The notes below the pieces were generated by a model that saw nothing but the letters and a program-made list of their open reading frames with translations, did no database searches and was not told where the DNA came from. The position numbers and the translations under genes were made by a program. A DNA stretch of 64,000 nt from Rebecca billardiae RCC1528 (lineage: Eukaryota > Protista > Haptophyta): assembly GCA_965240325.2 (NCBI GenBank), contig OZ251222.1:3472001-3536000 (forward strand). Reading direction: 5' to 3'. Shown here piece by piece: positions 56,989-64,000 of the stretch. Numbering within the stretch: the stretch's first letter is position 1; each line of letters begins with the position of its first letter.

Positions 56989-58074
56989 TCATATCATGGC
57001 GAGCAGGACGGACGCGAGCAAGAAGAGCGGCGCGAGCTCGACGAGCATGCTGACACGCCGGGCGGGCACGTTGCCTGAGCGCTCGGCGAGCCCGCATGCC
57101 ACGAGCGCGGCCGCGCCTGCCATCACGCCGAGCGGCCCTGCCGCCGCCCACCGCTTGGGCAGCGCCGCGCCGATCACTGCGGCCGCCGCGACGAGCGGGA
57201 ACACGGCGACGAGAACGGCCTGCTGCCGCCCGAGCAGCACGGGCAGCGTGCGGATGCCCGCCGCCGCGTCACCCTCGGCGTCGAGCACGTCCATCATGAT
57301 CTCGCGATGCAGGATGCCGCTGAAGACGATGACCATCAGCGGCCACACCACGCGCACGCCTGCGAGCACGCTCCCACCGCTCACGACGGCCGCGCCCGTC
57401 GGGATGCTCATGGCGATGACAGCGGCGCAGACGATGTTCTTCACGCCCGGCAGCGGCTTGAACACGCGCGAGTACAGGAAGGTGGCGAGAGTGTTGAGGT
57501 AGATGCACATCCGGAGGTCGGCCGTGCTCACGAGCAGAATCAGCGCGAGGTGCGTGGCGTACAGGTACTTGAGCGTCGTCTTGACCGTGAGCGGCTCCAG
57601 CGTCTTGCGCACGAGAGGGCGATCGCTGTGCGTCTCCTCCGAGTCGATGTTCAGCGCGTGGTCCCAGTAGTCGTTGACCATCATGCTAGTCCCAGTCGTG
57701 AGTATCACCAGCACGGTCACCAGCCCGAGCTGTGCGCACGTCGCCGGCGAGGAGAGCAGGCCCCCAAAGCCGCCGGCGCCACCGACGCCGACGGCCACCA
57801 GACCAACCGCCATCGGCAAGTTATGCGGCCGCGTCATGCGGAAGAGCTCGCCAGCCGCACGCCACCGACGTGTGCCTCCATCGCCAGGAGAGGCCACCAC
57901 GGCCGACGCGCGCGATGGTTGTCGGAGCGACCGCGCGGCCACACGGCGAGAGCGCGGAGAGCGCAGGCAAAGTGACGGGGCCCGGTGGAGCACATGCGCA
58001 TCGGCGACCGTCGCCGCGCCGACGATCGCAAACGCCCACAAGAGAGCGCCGCGCCGCGCGCGCATGAGGTCCAT
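56989..58074 (-). CDS. UbiA-family prenyltransferase (DGGGP-synthase-like clade), probably plastid-targeted
   Basis: Motifs RPHN, NDYWDHALNID...DRPL and REIMMDVLDAEGD...GIRTLP; multiple TM helices; signal peptide followed by an Arg/Ser-rich transit peptide. Confidence 0.88.
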   Translation of the reverse strand: MDLMRARRGALLWAFAIVGAATVADAHVLHRAPSLCLRSPRSRRVAARSLRQPSRASAVVASPGDGGTRRWRAAGELFRMTRPHNLPMAVGLVAVGVGGAGGFGGLLSSPATCAQLGLVTVLVILTTGTSMMVNDYWDHALNIDSEETHSDRPLVRKTLEPLTVKTTLKYLYATHLALILLVSTADLRMCIYLNTLATFLYSRVFKPLPGVKNIVCAAVIAMSIPTGAAVVSGGSVLAGVRVVWPLMVIVFSGILHREIMMDVLDAEGDAAAGIRTLPVLLGRQQAVLVAVFPLVAAAAVIGAALPKRWAAAGPLGVMAGAAALVACGLAERSGNVPARRVSMLVELAPLFLLASVLLAMI

Positions 58075-58229
58075 CGCCGACGCCGCCGCCGACGCCGCCG
58101 GTGTGGAGTGACCTCCCGCGCCGCCGGAGTGGTCCGGTGTTGGAGTGTGGGAGCGGAGTCCGGCACCGGTCGCAACGCGCCGACGGACGCGCCCTTCACG
58201 CTTGGCGCGGAGCCCGGGCGTGACGGCGA

Positions 58230-59822
58230 ATGGGGCCGCGCATGCCTGCACGTAGGAGCGCGGCCGCCAAGGCGGTGGCGTGGTTCCAGCGCGCAGATGA
58301 CGATCCTCTGCTTTCAACGCCGACTGAGAAGCAGAAGCGCACGTTCGCGCCCAGAGGGCAGGGCGGCTCCAAAGCCATACCGATTGCGCGGGAGCACTAC
58401 GATCCGCCCGAGCACGGGGTCGATGAGGGCGCGGCCCCCGAGCTCCCTGCAGCTCAAAATGGTGTGAGCGCGAGCAAATGGCTGGGGGTGCACATCGATC
58501 GCAAGAACAAGGGGAAGCCCTGGCGGGTCAAACTCTCACACGAGGGCCATCACTACTTCCCGGACGAGGGCTCGTACTACAGGACGGAGGAGGAGGCGGC
58601 GCGCACGTACGATGCGCTCGTTCGCCAGCTCGAGCTGGTGGGCCAGAAAGCGCTGAACTTCCCGCGATCGGGGGAGCCCGTCATGCCCGTCGGCTACCGC
58701 GCGCGGAGTGCGCGAGGGCCTCGCCGGTCGCGGTATGCCGGCGTGGCCTTTGACGCGCGCAAAGATCGCAAGTGGCTCGGCGTCGTGCAAGTGCGCGAGG
58801 ACGGGAAGGCGCGCAATGTGTACACGGCGACGTGCTACAGGAGCAAGGACGCCGCACTCGCGCGCGACGACCTGGTGCGCAAGCTCGGGCTGGTGGGCGT
58901 GAAGCTGCTCAACTTCCCGCGCGAGGGCGAGGGCGAGTCTGCGATCATCGGCAGCGGCGATGACGACGACGGCGACGACGAGGATGAGAGCAATGAGAGC
59001 GATGCGGTGGAGGAGGAGGATGGCGAGGAGGAGGAGGAGGAGGAGGAGGGGGAGGAGGAGGAGGACGAGCAGCAGCGGCGGCAGCAGCGGCGGCAGCAGC
59101 AGCAGCAGCAGCGGCAGCAACGGCAGTTGCAGCGGCAGCAGCGGCAGCAGTGGCAGCAGCGGCCGCAGTGGCAGCGGCAGGACGAGGGGGCGGACGGCGC
59201 GGATGAGGAGTACGGCGAGGTGGACGAGTACGCGCTGACGGAGGAGGACGAGCAGGCGCCCGAGAAGGCACACGCACGCGCGGCTGCGGGGCCAGGGGCA
59301 ACGGCGGTGGCGGCGGACCGCCCAGCCCTCCCTGCAAGCGGCATGCAAGCGCGTTCGCAGCCCTTCCGCCCGGAGGCGGCCGCGGCGCAGGCCGCTGAGC
59401 TCGGCGGCGTCGAGCACGCGTGCGAGCACGGTACTGCAGCCACGGCCTCGCTGGATGGCGGCTGTGAGGCAGGTCTCGCCCCTCCCAGCTCGCCAGCAGC
59501 CAAGCGCGCGCGCACTTGCGCTGCCAGCACACCAGTGCAGGATGTGCCGCTCACCGCTCAGATCGTGTCGGACATCGAGTCTGTGGATGGCTCGGCTGAG
59601 CTGACAGTTGCCGAGGGCGTCCGCGAGGCACACGCGCACGGGCTGCCCCAGCTGGCGGCCTGGCTCGTCGCGAGCGCGCGCGCACAGGCAGCGGCGGTGC
59701 AGCAGCTGGGTACCGAGCGCGCGGAGCGCGCACGTGAGCGCAGTGAGCACCAGCGTGTGCGCGATGAGCTCGAGAGGCTGCGTGCGCGGGTGCAGCGCGT
59801 CACCGCCGAGTTGAGATTTTAG
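58230..59822 (+). CDS. AP2-domain transcription factor (two AP2 domains, acidic and Gln-rich tracts, C-terminal coiled coil), 530 aa
   Basis: SKWLGV...W...TEEEAARTYD...LNFP and SRYAGV...W...AALARD...LNFP. Confidence 0.85.
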   Translation: MGPRMPARRSAAAKAVAWFQRADDDPLLSTPTEKQKRTFAPRGQGGSKAIPIAREHYDPPEHGVDEGAAPELPAAQNGVSASKWLGVHIDRKNKGKPWRVKLSHEGHHYFPDEGSYYRTEEEAARTYDALVRQLELVGQKALNFPRSGEPVMPVGYRARSARGPRRSRYAGVAFDARKDRKWLGVVQVREDGKARNVYTATCYRSKDAALARDDLVRKLGLVGVKLLNFPREGEGESAIIGSGDDDDGDDEDESNESDAVEEEDGEEEEEEEEGEEEEDEQQRRQQRRQQQQQQRQQRQLQRQQRQQWQQRPQWQRQDEGADGADEEYGEVDEYALTEEDEQAPEKAHARAAAGPGATAVAADRPALPASGMQARSQPFRPEAAAAQAAELGGVEHACEHGTAATASLDGGCEAGLAPPSSPAAKRARTCAASTPVQDVPLTAQIVSDIESVDGSAELTVAEGVREAHAHGLPQLAAWLVASARAQAAAVQQLGTERAERARERSEHQRVRDELERLRARVQRVTAELRF

Positions 59823-60440
59823 CGGCGGCGTGTCGTCTGACGCCATTGCCAGACGCGCGATGACAACAACGGCGCCGACGCTGATATTTTATATCAGCGA
59901 AAGTAGTCATCGTCATCGTCAGTTATTATTACGACTGAACGATGACAGTGTAAATAATCGTAACTACGACATCAATAATATATATATATATGTGGCGTAA
60001 ATTCGTCGTATATGCGCATGCTGTTGCCAACGACTGCATATAGCCTGGTCGTCCTGGATCGCGGATCGCCGGCCGATCGGCACTGCATAGTACAAGTTTG
60101 GTGCCAGTCTGAACTCAGCCTACTAATAGTAGCCCCTTTGGCTGCAGCACTGTGGGGGCACGGGCCCCGGGACGGACCGATGATGATGACTGATCATCAG
60201 CAATACAGCGCGCCGTAGCCTACCCGGGCTACCGGGCTACCTGAAGGCTACTACCGCCGACCGCGCGCTATTATCGGACGGATGATGTAACTAGCAGCTG
60301 ATTGTCAGTACTCGAGCAGAGTAGTTCCGGGACTTCCGGGTAACTCAAGCGGACGAGCAGAATATTAAATCGCCAGACGGGCAGTACAGTTTATTACTAT
60401 GATGATTTAACGTGCACACTACCTGCCGTCCTGCGCTTAG

Positions 60441-61757
60441 CTAGTACTGCTTCAGCCGAGCGTACACGGCGCGGATGGCCAGCGCGAGGCGGCGCCACTT
60501 CCTCGCCTCCTTCCGTCGGTCATCAGTGCAGTGCGCGGCGACGAGCTCGTCCAGCGTGCGTTCCCCAAAGCCCTCGCAGCCCGCTAGCGCCGTGCGCCAG
60601 TCCGGCGGGAACCAGCACGGCACTGGCGCTGGCTCACCGCCGCCCTCCGGCCCGTACCAGCGGCTGCCAAGGAATCGCGAGAGCTCGCCACGGTGGTAGG
60701 AGACGGGCTGACGCCGCCTGATCGACGGTATGCCTGGCAGAAAGGTGAGCTCGCCGAGCACCGGCCCGTCCGCCTGCGAGATGTACCAATCGATTCGTAC
60801 GAAGGCGCCGAGCGCGCCCCCAAGCAGCCGGGAGAGCTCAAGGAGTGCCCTCGCGTGCGGAGGCGTTGGCGCGAATGCCACGCGGCGTCCACCGGCGCTC
60901 CGCCCGAGATATGTCAGGTGTTTGGGGTGCACGGCGTAGCACTCGAGCGCCGCGCCGGGACTCGTACAGCCAAGTTGCGTGTGCTCGCACATGACGCAGT
61001 TGCTCGTGCGCTCGGCCGTCTCGATTCCGTCACGCGTGCCGTCCGGGTCGAGCGGGGGCAGCATGCGCAGCAAGGGCACGTCCTCGCCGAATGCGAAGGC
61101 CTTCACCTCGAGGGCGGGGGTGGGCACCATGTCCTCGACAAAGTACAACACCGGCGCATCCCCGCTCACGTTTGCCACTTTGTCGAATGCATGCGCGATC
61201 GATGCGGGCGTCACGCTTCGGCCGCGGATCAGGTCGACGCCGTTCTGCACCACGAAGACTTGAGCTGAGGCGTATCCCTCCGAGCGTTTGACTACGTACG
61301 CCGTGCGTGAGGCGCTCGCCGGCGCGTCGTGCATCCGGACCAAGTCGGATGTGTGCGCGGTGCACATGCGCCACCGGTGCGTCGGCATGCCGATGGCTCG
61401 AGCAAAGTGGTGGAGGCTCTGCTTCAGGCCGCTGAGGAAGACCATCCATTGATGCGCGCCACGCGTGGTGTTGGACGTTCTGCATGAGGGTGGGGGCTTG
61501 CGCGCGTGCCAGCACACGCCTCGCGCCCAGACGTACGCTCTCAGATTCTTCGCCCCCCCACGGACCTCTGATGCCGATGTGCACGAGTCGTGCTGCTGCT
61601 GGCAGTAGCGAATGCGCCCGGCTGAGGGCGACAGGGTCCTGGGATCGACCGCGACCATCACATCCGAGCGACCCTGACCGAAGCTCGTACTCGGAGGGGC
61701 CGCCCGCGACGAAACGATCACGATGACGACGATGGCGAGCGTCGCGTGAGCGCGCAT
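60441..61757 (-). CDS. Signal-anchored TupA-like ATP-grasp protein (438 aa)
   Basis: N-terminal LAIVVIVIV; motifs YVVKRSEG, YFVEDMV, EVKAFAFG, FVRIDWY and LGELTFLPG in ATP-grasp order. Confidence 0.75.
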   Translation of the reverse strand: MRAHATLAIVVIVIVSSRAAPPSTSFGQGRSDVMVAVDPRTLSPSAGRIRYCQQQHDSCTSASEVRGGAKNLRAYVWARGVCWHARKPPPSCRTSNTTRGAHQWMVFLSGLKQSLHHFARAIGMPTHRWRMCTAHTSDLVRMHDAPASASRTAYVVKRSEGYASAQVFVVQNGVDLIRGRSVTPASIAHAFDKVANVSGDAPVLYFVEDMVPTPALEVKAFAFGEDVPLLRMLPPLDPDGTRDGIETAERTSNCVMCEHTQLGCTSPGAALECYAVHPKHLTYLGRSAGGRRVAFAPTPPHARALLELSRLLGGALGAFVRIDWYISQADGPVLGELTFLPGIPSIRRRQPVSYHRGELSRFLGSRWYGPEGGGEPAPVPCWFPPDWRTALAGCEGFGERTLDELVAAHCTDDRRKEARKWRRLALAIRAVYARLKQY

Positions 61758-62051
61758 TGTGTGCCACGACGGTTAGCTCTATCAGCAAGGACGAACACCA
61801 GGATCAGCGCTCCTCGCAAGTCCCCTCCCCTCCCCCTCGTCAGCGTAGTCGCCCATCGACTACTCCATCGCGAACTACGGAAGGCGCCTAACTTCAAGCA
61901 AGGGCCTTGCTTCAAGGGCGCGCGTTCCCGGGCTCCTGCCACACGCTCCGCGAGGGGTTTTGGCCAATCTGTTTTGGCGCCGTGGGGGCCAAAACCCCTC
62001 CGGACTGGCGCTGCGCCAGTGGCGGCCACCAACCCGGACTGCGGCGCACCA

Positions 62052-62954
62052 GCGCTTGGCGCGCGCGCGGCGCGGCGCGCTGCGGCCGTCGAGTTGCCAT
62101 GCGAAGGCGGCGCGTTGCGTGCGTGGCATCGGAACGCTACCGTGTTCCGCACTGCGCCCCGCAGCTCGCTCCTCGTCGACTTTGCCGCGCCTACGATCAG
62201 CGCGCATGCGAGCGTCGCCTCGGAATGAGCAGCCCGCGCCGGCCTCAGCCGTGAGCGCCCGCCTGGCGCGCGATGCGATCAACTTGGGTCACGAGCTGCG
62301 GCTGGGCGAGGAAGCATGTGCCTGCGCGCAAGCCGCGCCGCCTTGAGACACCGATCGTGAGCAGGGCATGCACCTTGCACGCAACTATTCTTCTTGCCCT
62401 TGCGAATGTCGCGGTGCCCTTGAAAGGACTCCTCATCAGAGCAACTACTCAAGCATGGCATGACGGCAGCCACGCGCGCAGGCGATGCATACAGCTGTAC
62501 ACGAGTCGCTGCGCGCACACGCAACCCGAAGACTCCTGTTCATCACTTCAGGGCGCTCACGGTCTGTTGTTTCATCTCCACTGCATGCAAGGCTCGTGCA
62601 GGCTGATCGGCATTCGTCGACAACCGTCTGAAGCTGCATCAACGCGCACGATCGATGTCTCAAGGCGGCGCGGCTTGCGCGCGGGCACATGCTTCCTCGC
62701 CCACCCGCAGCTCGTGCCCCAAGTTGATCGCATCGCGCGCCAGGCGGGCGCTCACGGCTGAGGCCGGCGCGGGCTGCTCATTCCGAGGCGACGCTCGCAT
62801 GCGCGCTGATCGTAGGCGCGGCAAAGTCGACGAGGAGCGAGCTGCGGGGCGCAGTGCGGAACACGGTAGCGTTCCGATGCCATGCACGCAACGCGCCACC
62901 TTCGCATGGCAACTCGACGGCCGCAGCGCGCCGCGCCGCGCGCGCGCCGAGCGC
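62052..62954. repeat. Long inverted repeat or foldback element: 308-bp arms (62052-62359, 62647-62954), 287-bp spacer
   Basis: Arms are reverse complements with about 7 substitutions and no indels seen. CCA flanks both ends. Confidence 0.93.
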
Positions 62955-63161
62955 CCATCGACGCCAGCGCGCCTTCGCGCCAAGCGCGTTTTCATTTTCC
63001 TCGCTTTGTTTTCGCGCGTGAGTTTTTATTGGCGCATGACCCGCGCGGAACGCCCCCTGCGGCTGAGCTGGTGAGCAGCAGGTGAGCTGCCATCGTGTTT
63101 TGCGGCGTCTCGGCAGCTACCGCTCTCCGCTCAGTCTCGTGCGGCGACGCACGCGGCAGCG

Positions 63162-64000
63162 ATGTCGGACGACCCGCTCTTCGACGCGCGCAACCACTTC
63201 CACCTGGGGCACTTTCAGACCGCGATCAATGAGGCGATGGGCGCGAATGTCGGCACCGACGCCCTGCGCGTCGAGCGCGACGTGCTGATGTACCGCGCAT
63301 ACCTCGAGCAGGGCAACTTTGCGGTCGTGATGAGCGAGGTGCAGGACAGCGCGCCGCCCGCGCTGCGCGCGGTGAAGCTGCTGTGCCAGTACAAGCAGTC
63401 TGACGACGCGGGTCGGCAGGCCGCCGTGGGCGCGCTGCAGGAGCTGCTCGCCGGCGCGAACGTGGCGAGCGACACGCCGCTGAGCGTGACGGCCGCGGCG
63501 ATTTTCTGCCTTGAGAAGGACTACAAGGAGGCGCTCAAGTGCACGCACCAGGGGCAGACGCTCGAGGCGCTGGCGATGGTCACGCACGTGTACGCCGCAA
63601 TGAACCGCGCAGACCTCGCGGAGAAGCAGGTCGCCATCATGCAGCGCCATGACGACGACGCGACGCTCACGCAGCTCGCGGCCGCGACCGCGATGATCGC
63701 AAAGGGCAGCGGCAAGTACCAGGACGCGATGTACATCTACCAGGACATGTCCGAGAAGTACGGCCCGTCGGCGCTGCTGCTCAACAACCTCGCCACGTGC
63801 TGCATGCTGCTCGGCAAGTACGAGGACGCCGAGTCGCACCTGCAGGAGGCGCTGGGCAAGAACCCGGCAGACCCGACCACGCTCGCCAACATGGTGGTGT
63901 GCCTGCAGCACCTCAAGAAGGCGCCCGACGTGGTGACGAGGTACATCACGCAGCTGCGCACCGCGGCGCCCACGCACCCGTGGGTCGAGGCGTACGGCGC
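63162..64000 (+). CDS. COPE: Coatomer subunit epsilon, 3'-partial
   Basis: MSDDPLFDARNHFHLGHFQTAINE...ERDVLMYRAYL...DDDATLTQLA...YQDAMYIYQDM...PTHPWV. Not in the ORF track, probably because it runs off the window edge. Confidence 0.95.
   Translation, partial: MSDDPLFDARNHFHLGHFQTAINEAMGANVGTDALRVERDVLMYRAYLEQGNFAVVMSEVQDSAPPALRAVKLLCQYKQSDDAGRQAAVGALQELLAGANVASDTPLSVTAAAIFCLEKDYKEALKCTHQGQTLEALAMVTHVYAAMNRADLAEKQVAIMQRHDDDATLTQLAAATAMIAKGSGKYQDAMYIYQDMSEKYGPSALLLNNLATCCMLLGKYEDAESHLQEALGKNPADPTTLANMVVCLQHLKKAPDVVTRYITQLRTAAPTHPWVEAYG

Overview
Gene-dense, very GC-rich eukaryotic nuclear DNA with short spliceosomal introns. Bipartite plastid-targeting leaders plus ciliary genes point to a flagellated alga with a complex plastid; a haptophyte such as a Pavlovales member is my inference, not proven. 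I can support about 21 protein-coding genes, 16 of them in head-to-head pairs. Recognisable genes are a Pol lambda-like X-family polymerase, IFT140, a TMEM237-like protein, aspartate-semialdehyde dehydrogenase, a PDK1-like kinase, a parvulin, a family-16 methyltransferase, a Coa1/Tim21-like protein, a UbiA prenyltransferase, Zn2Cys6 and AP2 transcription factors, and coatomer epsilon. The most unusual content concerns the cell surface. (1) A ~4,595-aa receptor joins two integrin-alpha-like FG-GAP propellers to a polycystin-1-like REJ-GPS-5TM body with IQ and EF-hand motifs but no PLAT or channel domain. (2) A >2,300-aa secreted lamin-tail-domain protein carries ~50 Cys repeats. (3) A divergent pair of secreted proteins has Cys clusters split by paired RR(x)L sites, resembling a prohormone. 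(4) A divergent pair of paralogues shares an unannotated transferase-like domain, one fused to a sulfotransferase. (5) There is a signal-anchored TupA-like ATP-grasp enzyme. Non-coding structure includes a nested TIR element at 26.8-29.4 kb and a 308-bp-arm inverted repeat at 62-63 kb. No rRNA, tRNA or CRISPR array was seen. All gene models were built by hand and are unverified.
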